DNA from: an uncultured Pelagibacteraceae bacterium
GTDB lineage: Bacteria > Pseudomonadota > Alphaproteobacteria > Pelagibacterales > Pelagibacteraceae
Length of the DNA stretch: 64,000 nt
Assembly: GCA_902538495.1 (NCBI GenBank)
Contig: CACBFJ010000004.1
Location: 5,943 to 69,942, forward strand
Direction: 5' to 3'
Shown here: positions 28,275-38,005 of the stretch, one piece after another
How the letters are laid out: every line of letters starts with the position of its first letter
Numbering within the stretch: the first letter of the stretch is position 1
Position numbers and translations under genes: made by a program
Notes under the pieces: model-generated
The model's database searches: none
What the model saw: the letters and a program-made list of their open reading frames with translations, nothing else
What the model was told of the DNA's origin: nothing

Positions 28275-30186
28275 GCCATGGAATTGTTTTGTCTATTATT
28301 TTTCTCAAGGTGACATCAAATAATAAACCAAGCATTCCCATTATAAATATAGTGATCCAAATAACTTCATATTGAAAATATTTTTTAGCAACGTTTTCAA
28401 CGAAACCAATTCCAGTTGTTCCAGCTAAAAATTCGGCAGCAACCAGAGTTCCCCAACACATTCCTACTGCAACTCTTATTCCAGTAAGTATTTCTGGTAA
28501 AGAGTTGGGAAAAATTACATACCTCAAGATTTGTTTTTTTGATGCACCAAGTGAGTGAGCTGCATGGATTTTTGATAACTGAGTACCAGAGGCACCAGCT
28601 CTCGCAGAAATAATCATGATTGATAATGAGACCATAAATAACAAGAAAACCTTGCCAGTATTATCTATTCCTAAAACCGAAATGATTAAAGGAGCCCAAG
28701 CCAGAGGGGGAACAGGTCTGTAAAGCTCAATTAACGGATCAAAGAAACCTTTGGCAAATCTATTTAATCCCATAAATAATCCAAGCGGTACACCAATTAA
28801 TATTCCAAACACTAATCCTAAAAATACTCTTAAAAATGAATCCCAAATATGACCATAAGGCACTGGTACTTTAAATAACTTAAAGTCTCCTGTTACTAAT
28901 TTTAAAACTTGGCCTTTAAAATTTTGTTTAACAATTCCATCTTGAGTGTGAACTGGGTATTCACCAGGTAAAATATCAGCTATCCAATCTGGTAAAATAA
29001 AACCAATCATTTTACTAACATCAACCAGTTCTACCCATAGAAGAGGAATTTCTTTATAACCTACACTCGGTTTAAGCATAAGCATAAACTTATCAAATGT
29101 ATCTGACGGCTTTGGTAGCCATCTACCAGATCCTTGTTCTGAACAGCTTGGCCCACTTGCAACAATAGTACCAGCTGGAAATAAAAATATATCTACAAAT
29201 CTCAATCCCCCTTGAGCTTCTTTTTGGGCAACATCAAAATTGATAATTGCATTTTGCATTTCGTTTAACGCATTGGGTGGATATATGCTTGCAAATTCTA
29301 TTCGTCGTGCAATTTTAACAATATCTTTAGCGTAAGTTGAAGCTACTTCTTGAGTATCATCTAAATTTTTTCGATAAGCTTTGATCTCATCTTTGAGCTC
29401 TTTTATTTTATCTTTAAATTGAGGATTATGATTTCTTAACTTAAAGAATTCATCACTAATAATTTGTAATTCTTTTGCGGCAGCATCAAATTTTAAACCT
29501 CTTTTAGTCTCTGGAACCAAAGGTACTTCGATAGTATTTTCTATAGACCCCGTTCCAGACTGAACCTTTATAATTCCCCAATCTCCTTGCTCACTTACTG
29601 CTTTAAGTCTCTCATTGGCTTCTTGTTCTGTTTCAAAAGGATATTCAGGTTTTCTAAAATTTTCTGTTAATAGGTTAATTTTTCCAGTGATGTCATCTAT
29701 TTTGAATTTTGTCTCATTTTCAATTAAATCCTCATTAGTCAATAAAGGAATTAACTGAATAGTTTTGTTGATAAATTCTGTAAGATCTGTTTTTTGTTGC
29801 AAGTTAAGATCTTCAGAAAGTTTGATTTCATTTAAAGTTGCTTTAAGATTTTTATTTTCTTTCTTAATTTGAGCAGTACTTTTGAATTCTCGTTGCTCTA
29901 TTGGAAATTGATATTTTAAACCTAATAAAGAATCGTTAACTTTTGCTACTTGGCAAAGTTCATTAGCTGATTTTGGGTAAAAACCTTTTGCAATATCCCA
30001 AGAATAGTAAAGCCATACCAATAATAGAAAGCTACTTCCGACTATAATCCAATGAGTACCACCTCTTGCCCTTTCAGGATTTCCAAAAACAGCATCAACT
30101 TTTTCAGTTTTGATTAATCTTCTTCCATAGAGAATACAGCCAATGACTGCAAAAAAAATTAAAAAGGTGACTATTTGAGTTAACAT
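28261..30186 (-). CDS. tauC: Taurine/sulfonate ABC permease with a large N-terminal extension
   Basis: C-terminal RPVPPLAW.PL, AA.SLGAS..Q....V..P.SLPEI.TG.R, LVAAE. Confidence 0.87.
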   Translation of the reverse strand: MLTQIVTFLIFFAVIGCILYGRRLIKTEKVDAVFGNPERARGGTHWIIVGSSFLLLVWLYYSWDIAKGFYPKSANELCQVAKVNDSLLGLKYQFPIEQREFKSTAQIKKENKNLKATLNEIKLSEDLNLQQKTDLTEFINKTIQLIPLLTNEDLIENETKFKIDDITGKINLLTENFRKPEYPFETEQEANERLKAVSEQGDWGIIKVQSGTGSIENTIEVPLVPETKRGLKFDAAAKELQIISDEFFKLRNHNPQFKDKIKELKDEIKAYRKNLDDTQEVASTYAKDIVKIARRIEFASIYPPNALNEMQNAIINFDVAQKEAQGGLRFVDIFLFPAGTIVASGPSCSEQGSGRWLPKPSDTFDKFMLMLKPSVGYKEIPLLWVELVDVSKMIGFILPDWIADILPGEYPVHTQDGIVKQNFKGQVLKLVTGDFKLFKVPVPYGHIWDSFLRVFLGLVFGILIGVPLGLFMGLNRFAKGFFDPLIELYRPVPPLAWAPLIISVLGIDNTGKVFLLFMVSLSIMIISARAGASGTQLSKIHAAHSLGASKKQILRYVIFPNSLPEILTGIRVAVGMCWGTLVAAEFLAGTTGIGFVENVAKKYFQYEVIWITIFIMGMLGLLFDVTLRKIIDKTIPWRGKG

Positions 30187-30984
30187 TTAATTGTCTTTTC
30201 CCATAATTTCTTCTTCCATATTCCAAATCATCTCTAATATTTCTTCACGTTTCGCAGAAAAATCTTTGTTCTTTTTAATCTCTCTTAGATCTTCTTTCAG
30301 TCCCATTGAGGCAAATGGAAGATTGTATTCTTTATGAATTCGCCCTGGTCGAGGCGCCATAACATATAATCTTTCACCAAGTAAAAGAGCTTCTTCAACT
30401 GAGTGGGTGATTAAAATAATTGTTTTCCCTGTCTCTTTCCAAATTTTTAAAACTAGAGACTGCATTTTTTCTCTTGTTAACGCATCAAGGGCTCCTAAAG
30501 GTTCATCCATTAAAATTAGGTCAGGATCATTAATCAAACATCTTGCAAGAGCAACTCTTTGCTGCATACCACCAGAAAGTTGATAGGTTGGAGTATTACC
30601 AAAACCTTTTAAGCCAACTATTTCTAACCATTCATCAACTTTTTTTTGAGTTTCAATTGGATCTTTTTTTTTCATCCTTAATCCAAAGTTGACATTTTCA
30701 GCAACTGTTAACCATTCGAACAATGCACCTTGCTGAAAAACCATACCTCTCTCTACACCTGGTCCATCAATCTCTTTACTATTTAAAGTAATACTTCCGG
30801 AAGTTGGTCGAATAAATCCTGCGGTAATATTTAATAAGGTTGTTTTTCCACAACCTGATGGTCCAAGAACTGTTAAAAGCTCTCCTTTTTTAAGAGTAAA
30901 ATTTAAATCTTTTAAAGCGTGAACAGTTTCTCCTTTCGGAGTTTTAAAAATCATATTAAGATTTTGAGAAACTAGATCACTCAT
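30187..30984 (-). CDS. tauB: Taurine/sulfonate ABC ATP-binding protein
   Basis: GPSGCGKTT, LSGGMQQR, MDEP.GALDALTR, ITHSVEEA, RPGRI. Confidence 0.9.
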   Translation of the reverse strand: MSDLVSQNLNMIFKTPKGETVHALKDLNFTLKKGELLTVLGPSGCGKTTLLNITAGFIRPTSGSITLNSKEIDGPGVERGMVFQQGALFEWLTVAENVNFGLRMKKKDPIETQKKVDEWLEIVGLKGFGNTPTYQLSGGMQQRVALARCLINDPDLILMDEPLGALDALTREKMQSLVLKIWKETGKTIILITHSVEEALLLGERLYVMAPRPGRIHKEYNLPFASMGLKEDLREIKKNKDFSAKREEILEMIWNMEEEIMGKDN

Positions 30985-31016
30985 CTGTTCACTTTATATT
31001 AGAATTTATAGTAAAA

Positions 31017-31054
31017 AAATAGGCACCAATTTAATAAAAAATTGGCGCCTATTT
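31017..31054 (-). terminator. Stem-loop with U-tract between tauA and tauB
   Basis: AAATAGGCGCCAATTT-N6-AAATTGGTGCCTATTT-TTTT on the minus strand. Confidence 0.75.
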
Positions 31055-31074
31055 AAATTTTAATTACCTTAAAA

Positions 31075-32016
31075 TTACAAAGGTAAGAAACTCGTATCTA
31101 CGTTTCCTCTTGGTGTTCCCATTCCTTTTAGGAATGCATCAAGATTTCCACTTTCCATAGAACTTTTTGTTTCCTCTGGAGTTAGAAATTTGAAACCACT
31201 TAAAGTTTCTTTCATGTCAGGAATTTTCATCTCTGAAGCTTTTGACATTGCATTCATATCGCTTTTACCAGCTCTATATCTTGCATTAGCTTCATGAGTT
31301 ACTTCGATGAAAGTTCTCAACATTCCTGGATTTTCCTTCATAAACTTTGTAGTTACAGAAGTAATATCAATCCCTAGAATACCTGCATCTCTAGCTTCTT
31401 GAACTGTTAACAATCTAGATCCAACTGCAACAGCAGCTTTAATAGAATTACCACCAAATAAACATGCCATTACAACATCACCACTTACTAAAGCAGCAGC
31501 ACCTTCTTCAGGGTCCATTTGAATGATATCCATTTTTTTTCTATCCGCTCCAACAACTTTCATACTTTCATCAAAAACGTATTCAGCCATTGTCCCAAGT
31601 GGAACAGCAACTTTTTTACCCTCTAATTCAGTTGCATTGGCTTTTGTAATTCCAGATGCATTAGATGTAACACAAGTTGTTCCTCCCATTCCGTATTCCA
31701 TAGCAATATCAACTAATTTGATAGGTGCTTTAGATTTTACAGCGTTAATGAATGGAACTAAACCTTGAGAATAAGAAATATCTATATCTCCTGCTAACAT
31801 CGCATCAGTCATAGCACCACCATTAGTAAAGTTAGTCCACTTTACAGGAACCCCTAGAGCTTTTGCGAAGTTTTTCTTCATCATGTCCTCTAGATTTGGA
31901 CTTGGCCACTCTAAGAAGTAAGCAACTCTAACTTCATTAGCTGCTGAATTAGCAACTGATATAGAAAGATTTAGAGCTACAAAACATCCAAGAATAAAAC
32001 TAATTATTTTTTTCAT
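31075..32016 (-). CDS. tauA: Taurine/sulfonate ABC substrate-binding protein
   Basis: Signal peptide, V.VAYFLEWP.P, F..G.AM..AM..GD.DI.YSQG..PF, LEGKKVAVPLGT. Confidence 0.87.
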   Translation of the reverse strand: MKKIISFILGCFVALNLSISVANSAANEVRVAYFLEWPSPNLEDMMKKNFAKALGVPVKWTNFTNGGAMTDAMLAGDIDISYSQGLVPFINAVKSKAPIKLVDIAMEYGMGGTTCVTSNASGITKANATELEGKKVAVPLGTMAEYVFDESMKVVGADRKKMDIIQMDPEEGAAALVSGDVVMACLFGGNSIKAAVAVGSRLLTVQEARDAGILGIDITSVTTKFMKENPGMLRTFIEVTHEANARYRAGKSDMNAMSKASEMKIPDMKETLSGFKFLTPEETKSSMESGNLDAFLKGMGTPRGNVDTSFLPL

Positions 32017-32103
32017 TTATGCCTCTTCTTTGTTTATTTATATGTTTCAATTTTAAGATTAATTTGACCTATATGTAAAACAAAAAAATGATCATTATAG
32101 TTA

Positions 32104-32120
32104 CACAACTTTAAGTTGTG
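32104..32120. promoter_or_regulatory. Palindromic operator candidate in the divergent tauA/aminotransferase spacer
   Basis: CACAACTT-T-AAGTTGTG, perfect 8-1-8 inverted repeat. Confidence 0.5.
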
Positions 32121-32190
32121 ACATTATTTTGGTGGTTAATTTCTATTAATTAGTCTAAGGATTTAACTATTAAACATTTTAAATTTATTT

Positions 32191-33537
32191 ATGAGCTCAG
32201 AAAAAAGAACGTCAGTGCCTAATTCACTCAATGAACACTGGATGCCATTTACATCTAATAAGGATTTTAAAGAAAATCCAAAATTGATTGTTGAGGCAAA
32301 AGGTGTTTATTTAAAAAATCATCATGGCAAAACACAAATTGATGCAAGCTCAGGATTATTCTGTAATCCATTGGGACATGGAAGAAAAGAAATTATCGAA
32401 GCAATAACAAATCAATTAAACACTCTTGATTATTGTCAGCCGTTTCAACAAGGATTTGGTGGTTCATTTGAATTAGCAACAAGAATTTCAAAACACACAC
32501 CAGGAAACTTAAATAAAATTTTTTATACGATATGTGGATCTACTGCAGTAGAAACTGCAATAAAGATTAGTATTGCATATCACAAAGCAAGAGGTGAGGG
32601 ACAAAGATTTAGATTTGTAGGTAGAGAACGTGCTTATCATGGTATGAATATTGGAGCAACTTCAGTAGGTGGTATGATCAATAACGTTAAAGCGTATGCA
32701 AGTGTATTGATGCCAGGTGTTGTTCATATGAGACATACACATTTAGATGAACATAAATTTATCTCAGGTCAACCAGAAACAGGAGCTGAGATTGCTGATG
32801 ACTTAGAGAGAATTTGTACTAATTTTGGCTCTGAAAATATTGCAGCTTGTATTGTAGAACCTATTGCTGGTTCAACAGGAACTTTAGTTCCACCAGTTGG
32901 ATATTTACAAAGACTAAGAGAACTTTGTGACAAACATAAAATACTTTTAATTTTTGATGAAGTTATCACGGGTTGGGGAAGAACTGGTTCGGCTTTTGGA
33001 GCCCAAGAGTTTGGAGTAACACCTGACATAATGACTATGGCAAAAGCAACAACTAATGGAATAGTTCCTTTTGGTGTGGTCGCATGTAAAGAGGAAATTT
33101 ATGATGCAGTGATGGATAATTCTCCAAAAGGTGCAATAGAATTATTTCATGGCTATACATACTCTGGAATTCCAGTTTCAGTTGCCGCAGCATTAGCAGT
33201 TCAAGATATTTTCGAAAAGGAAGATATTTTTAATAGAGCTAAAGAACTTGCTCCTTACTTTCAAGAAGGTCTATTTTCTCTTAAAGACATTGATGTTGTC
33301 GACAACATAAGAGGTTATGGAATGATGGGTGGTATAGATATTAAAACTGATGGTAGACCTGGCAAAGCAGGTTTAGCTACTTTCAAACATTGTTACGATG
33401 CAGGAGTAAATTTCAAAGCGACTGGTGATTGCTTAATTATAGCACCAATGTTTATTTGTGAAAAAAAACACATTGATGAAATCATAGAAAAACTAAGAAC
33501 TGGAATTACTAATTACGCAAAGAGTAAAAAGAATTAA
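32191..33537 (+). CDS. Class III omega-amino acid:pyruvate aminotransferase (probable taurine-pyruvate aminotransferase)
   Basis: HWMPFT, GRERAYHG, IVEP.AGS.G, LIFDEVITG.GRTG, TMAK, HGYTYSG; divergent from tauABC and followed by ald. Confidence 0.85.
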   Translation: MSSEKRTSVPNSLNEHWMPFTSNKDFKENPKLIVEAKGVYLKNHHGKTQIDASSGLFCNPLGHGRKEIIEAITNQLNTLDYCQPFQQGFGGSFELATRISKHTPGNLNKIFYTICGSTAVETAIKISIAYHKARGEGQRFRFVGRERAYHGMNIGATSVGGMINNVKAYASVLMPGVVHMRHTHLDEHKFISGQPETGAEIADDLERICTNFGSENIAACIVEPIAGSTGTLVPPVGYLQRLRELCDKHKILLIFDEVITGWGRTGSAFGAQEFGVTPDIMTMAKATTNGIVPFGVVACKEEIYDAVMDNSPKGAIELFHGYTYSGIPVSVAAALAVQDIFEKEDIFNRAKELAPYFQEGLFSLKDIDVVDNIRGYGMMGGIDIKTDGRPGKAGLATFKHCYDAGVNFKATGDCLIIAPMFICEKKHIDEIIEKLRTGITNYAKSKKN

Positions 33538-33546
33538 ATTTCGTTA

Positions 33547-34665
33547 ATGAGAATTGGCGTACCTAAAGAAATAAAACCTCAAGAAAATAGAATTGGCCTG
33601 ACACCGGATAGTGTTAAAACTTTGGTTTCAGAGGGTCATGAAGTTTTAGTTGAAAATAATGGAGGCTTTGAAGCAGGTTTCGATAATGATCAGTATAAAA
33701 ATGCTGGGGCAAAAATTATAGAAAAAGCTGCTGATATTTTTAATGACGCTGAGATAATTGTTAAAGTTAAAGAGCCTCAAAAAGTTGAGGTTGAAATGAT
33801 TAGGGAAAATCAAATTGTTTATACCTATTTGCATTTGGCTGCTGCAAAAGAATTAACCGAGGGTTTGGTAAAATCAAAAAGTATTAATATTGCTTACGAA
33901 ACCATTACAGATGACAATGGACGACTTCCTTTGTTGGCACCTATGAGTGCGGTAGCTGGACGTATGTCAGTCCAAGCAGGAGCACATTGTCTAGAAAAAA
34001 ATCAAAAAGGCAGGGGAGTTTTATTGGGAGGAGCTCCTGGTGGTGAGCCTGCAAATGTTTTAATTTTAGGTGGAGGAGTTGTTGGAGAAAATGCTGCAAT
34101 AATAGCAACTGGTATGAAAGCAAAAGTTCATGTTGTAGATAAATCAGAAGCAAGATTAAAACAATTAGCTGAAATGTTTGGAGATAAAATAATTCCAGAA
34201 CAAAGTGATAAAATAGACTTAAAAAAGTTAGTAGCTGAAGCAGACTTAATAGTCGGTGGAGTTTTAATACCTGGAGCAGAGGCACCAAAATTAGTTACTA
34301 AAGATATGCTTAAATTGATGAAAAGAGGTTCTGTAATTGTTGATGTTGCAATCGATCAGGGTGGGTGCGTAGAAACGAGCAAACCTACAACTTTTAATGA
34401 TCCAACTTTTATAGTAGATAATGTTGTTCATTATTGTGTAGCTAACATGCCAGGTGGAGTTCCAAGAACGTCCACTATCGCATTAAATAAAGCGACACTT
34501 CCATATTTGGTAAAATTAGCTAACAAAGGTTATCAAAAAGCTCTTGGTGAAGATAAAAACTTTCTAGCGGGATTAAATGTTTACAAAGGTCATGTGACTT
34601 ATAAAGCGGTTGCAGATGTTTTTGGACATGAATATGTTAACCCAGGAGATGCAATCAATAACTAA
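33547..34665 (+). CDS. ald: Alanine dehydrogenase
   Basis: IGVPKEIK..E.R, KVKEP, TYLHLA, LPLLAPMS.VAGR, DVAIDQGGC.ETS, VANMPG. Confidence 0.96.
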   Translation: MRIGVPKEIKPQENRIGLTPDSVKTLVSEGHEVLVENNGGFEAGFDNDQYKNAGAKIIEKAADIFNDAEIIVKVKEPQKVEVEMIRENQIVYTYLHLAAAKELTEGLVKSKSINIAYETITDDNGRLPLLAPMSAVAGRMSVQAGAHCLEKNQKGRGVLLGGAPGGEPANVLILGGGVVGENAAIIATGMKAKVHVVDKSEARLKQLAEMFGDKIIPEQSDKIDLKKLVAEADLIVGGVLIPGAEAPKLVTKDMLKLMKRGSVIVDVAIDQGGCVETSKPTTFNDPTFIVDNVVHYCVANMPGGVPRTSTIALNKATLPYLVKLANKGYQKALGEDKNFLAGLNVYKGHVTYKAVADVFGHEYVNPGDAINN

Positions 34666-34669
34666 TTAG

Positions 34670-37114
34670 ATGGAAAAAAAACTTCCAAGTAGCACAAAAG
34701 TTGTTGTGATAGGAGGTGGGGTAGTAGGTTGCTCTGTTGCTTATCATTTAGCTAAATTAGGTTGGAAAGACACAATTCTTTTAGAAAGAGATCAATTAAC
34801 GTCAGGAACAACTTGGCATGCAGCAGGTTTAGTAAGTCAGTTGGGTCCAACTGCAGCAGTTACAAAAATTAGAAAATATACTTTAGATTTATATAAAGAG
34901 CTTGAAAAAAAAGTTGACCATTCTGCAGGTTTAAGATTAAACGGAGCACTTTCAATCGCTCAACATAAAGGAAGATGGCAAGAACTTCAAAGACAAGCAA
35001 CGACCGCACAACTTTACGATGTTGATGTAAGAATTTTAGATAAAGATCAAATTAAAAAAGATTATCCCATAATCAATACTGATGAAGTTATAGGAGGAAT
35101 TTTAATGCCAGGCGATGGTGCTGCTGATCCTTCAGGTGTTACCCATATATTGGCTAAAGCAGCAAGAATGGAAGGTGCACAAATTTTCGAAAAGTCACCT
35201 GTTGAAGAAATTTTAACTAAAGATGGAAAAATTTCTGGAGTTAAAGTAAAAGGTCAAAAAATTGAATGTGAATATATTGTTTTAGCCTCAGGTATGTGGT
35301 CAAGGCAAATAGGAGAAAAAGCTGGTGTTAGTATTCCCTTGTATCCAGCAGAACATTTTTACATTATTACTGAACCAATTAAAAATTTATCTAAAACATT
35401 ACCAGTTGTTAGAGATTTTGATAATCGAACTTATATAAAAGAAGATGCAGGAAAAATACTAGTTGGAATTTTTGAGGGCAATTCAATTCCTGCTTGGAAT
35501 AAAACCAATAAAGTTCCAGAAGATTTTTCCTTTGGCGAGTTTCAAGAAAATTTTGAACATTTTGAACCTTATTTAGCTTCAGCAATTAAAAGATTTCCAA
35601 TTCTAGAAACCGCAGGAATTAGAAAATTTTTTTCTGGACCAGAGTCTTTTACTCCTGACACCAACACATTATTAGGAGAGGTACCTGAAATTGAAAATTT
35701 TTTTGTATGTTGTGGGTTAAATAGTATTGGAATTGGCAGTGGTGGTGGCGTTGGTAAAGTTACAGCGGAGTGGTTGATGACTGGTCATATTAATGAAGAT
35801 ATTTTTAGTTATGATATAAAAAGATTTCAAAAGTTTCATTCAGAATTAGGTTTTATCAAAAAAAGGATTACAGAGTCATTGGGAGATTTGTATGGAATGC
35901 ATTGGCCCTTCAAACAACACAAAACTTCTCGAGATATAAAAAAACTTCCACATCATGATAATTTGAAAAGTTTTGGAGCCTGTTTTGGTGTCTCTGGTGG
36001 ATATGAAAGACCAATGTGGTTTGCACTAGATGGTGAAAAGGCAGAGTATGAATATAGTTATAACTATCAAAGTTGGTATCCTTCAGCTGAGTATGAAACA
36101 AGTAATACAATAAAAAATGTTGGTTTATTTGATCTAACTCCTTTTTCAAAGTTCGAAATAAAATCTGATAAAGCCCATCAAGAATTACAAAGAATTTGTA
36201 CTGCAAATATTAAAAAAGAAGTTGGTAAATGTACCTATACTCATATGTTAAACTCAGATGGAGGTATTGAGACTGATTTAACCATAGTAACGATAGATGA
36301 AAACCATTTTAGAATAATTAGTTCTGCTGCAACAAGAGAAAGAGACAAACATCACATCAAAAAACATTTAAATAAAGATATTGAATTGAAAGATGTAACT
36401 GATGATTATTGTGTTTTTGGTTTATTTGGACCCAAAAGCAGAAATCTATTAAGTTCATTAAGTAAAGATAATTTTGATAATGAAAATTTCAAATTTGGAA
36501 CAGCAAAATTTATTTCAATCGAGGATATTAAAATTTGGATACAGAGATTGTCTTATGTTGGGGAGTTAGGATATGAACTTTACGTTGAAGCCAAAGATGC
36601 GAAAAATATTTATGAATTAATTATAGAAAAAGGTAAAAATTTTAATCTTTCAAATTGTGGTATGCACGCAATGGATATTATGCGAATGGAGAGTGGCTTT
36701 CTACATTGGGGACACGATATTTCACCTGAGGAAAATCAATATCAAGCAGGATTATCTTTTACAATCAGTAATAAAAAAAATATAGATTTTATTGGTAAGT
36801 CAGCTCTTGAAAAAATTAATAATAAGAAGATCAAAACAAGATTTGCTATGTTTACCTTAAAAGATAGTAAACCTGGAGAACCACTATTACTTCATGATGA
36901 GCCTATTTATTTAGAGGATAGGATAATAGGCAGATCAACTTCAGGGAATTACTCTTTTAACTTTAAGAAAAATCTAACTTTTGGTTACATTAAAAACAAT
37001 TTTTCCAATCAAAAATTGAGAGATAGTAAATTATTCATTGAGGTTGAGAAAAAAAAATACGAAATTGAATTGATTGATAAACCATTAAAACAGACCAATT
37101 TTAAAAGTAATTAA
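34670..37114 (+). CDS. GcvT-family FAD dehydrogenase (sarcosine/dimethylglycine dehydrogenase-like)
   Basis: GGGVVG, TSGTTWHAAG, GPESFTPD, SYVGELGYE, R.E.G...WG. Confidence 0.88.
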   Translation: MEKKLPSSTKVVVIGGGVVGCSVAYHLAKLGWKDTILLERDQLTSGTTWHAAGLVSQLGPTAAVTKIRKYTLDLYKELEKKVDHSAGLRLNGALSIAQHKGRWQELQRQATTAQLYDVDVRILDKDQIKKDYPIINTDEVIGGILMPGDGAADPSGVTHILAKAARMEGAQIFEKSPVEEILTKDGKISGVKVKGQKIECEYIVLASGMWSRQIGEKAGVSIPLYPAEHFYIITEPIKNLSKTLPVVRDFDNRTYIKEDAGKILVGIFEGNSIPAWNKTNKVPEDFSFGEFQENFEHFEPYLASAIKRFPILETAGIRKFFSGPESFTPDTNTLLGEVPEIENFFVCCGLNSIGIGSGGGVGKVTAEWLMTGHINEDIFSYDIKRFQKFHSELGFIKKRITESLGDLYGMHWPFKQHKTSRDIKKLPHHDNLKSFGACFGVSGGYERPMWFALDGEKAEYEYSYNYQSWYPSAEYETSNTIKNVGLFDLTPFSKFEIKSDKAHQELQRICTANIKKEVGKCTYTHMLNSDGGIETDLTIVTIDENHFRIISSAATRERDKHHIKKHLNKDIELKDVTDDYCVFGLFGPKSRNLLSSLSKDNFDNENFKFGTAKFISIEDIKIWIQRLSYVGELGYELYVEAKDAKNIYELIIEKGKNFNLSNCGMHAMDIMRMESGFLHWGHDISPEENQYQAGLSFTISNKKNIDFIGKSALEKINNKKIKTRFAMFTLKDSKPGEPLLLHDEPIYLEDRIIGRSTSGNYSFNFKKNLTFGYIKNNFSNQKLRDSKLFIEVEKKKYEIELIDKPLKQTNFKSN

Positions 37115-37962
37115 GCTTTATTTTTTAGAAGAAAAACAAATATAAAACCAGTGATGTACATAATTAAAGCATATGCAGCTGTTGGAGTTATGTAGATTAA
37201 ATCTGTACCGAATATTTGTGTAGAAACAAATATTGCTAAAGTACCATTTTGTAAACCACACTCTAAAGCAATACATTTTTGTTGTTTCACTCCTGAAGCA
37301 AAAGTTTTACTAAGGTAATAAGCCACAATCATCATTGTTATATTTAGAGTTAAAGTAATGAAACCTGCTTGCATTAGAAAATCTATAAAACTCTCTCTTT
37401 CTTCATAAAATGCAGCAATAAAGAAAATGACAAATAATAGTATATTGAGTTTTTCAAATATTTGAATTTTTGAATTTACAAAATTTTCAGCAAATTTTCT
37501 TATAATCATTCCCAAGATAACTGGAACTGTTACAACCAAAAACATTTTTAGCGCTATAACAGTCATTGAAATATTTTGAGAAATATTTGTAATTTCAAGT
37601 AAATCTGCAGATGTAAAAATTATAAGAGGAACGGTAATAATAGAAATTAAACTGATTACAGCTGTTAAAGAAATAGATAAAGCAACATCTCCATTAGCAA
37701 ATTTTGTTAATATATTAGATGTAACTCCACCTGGTGCAGCAGCGATAATCATAACTCCAATTGCTATTTCAGGTGGTACTTTTAAAATAATAATTAATAA
37801 GTAAGCAACTAATGGAAGAATAATTAATTGAGAAAAAAAACCAACAAAAAAATCCTTTGGAGTTTTTAATATCTTCGTAAAATCGTCAATCTTTAATCCC
37901 AAACCTAAACCCAACATTATTAATGCGAGTATGATAGGTGCTATTTTTGTTACTATCTCCAT
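37111..37962 (-). CDS. Bile acid:sodium symporter family protein
   Basis: M.G.GL.L, PGG.TSN, GDVALS, ECGLQNG. Confidence 0.9.
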   Translation of the reverse strand: MEIVTKIAPIILALIMLGLGLGLKIDDFTKILKTPKDFFVGFFSQLIILPLVAYLLIIILKVPPEIAIGVMIIAAAPGGVTSNILTKFANGDVALSISLTAVISLISIITVPLIIFTSADLLEITNISQNISMTVIALKMFLVVTVPVILGMIIRKFAENFVNSKIQIFEKLNILLFVIFFIAAFYEERESFIDFLMQAGFITLTLNITMMIVAYYLSKTFASGVKQQKCIALECGLQNGTLAIFVSTQIFGTDLIYITPTAAYALIMYITGFIFVFLLKNKA

Positions 37963-38005
37963 GACCCCTCTGTGTAATAGTACTCATCTATAATTTATTT
38001 AAGAT

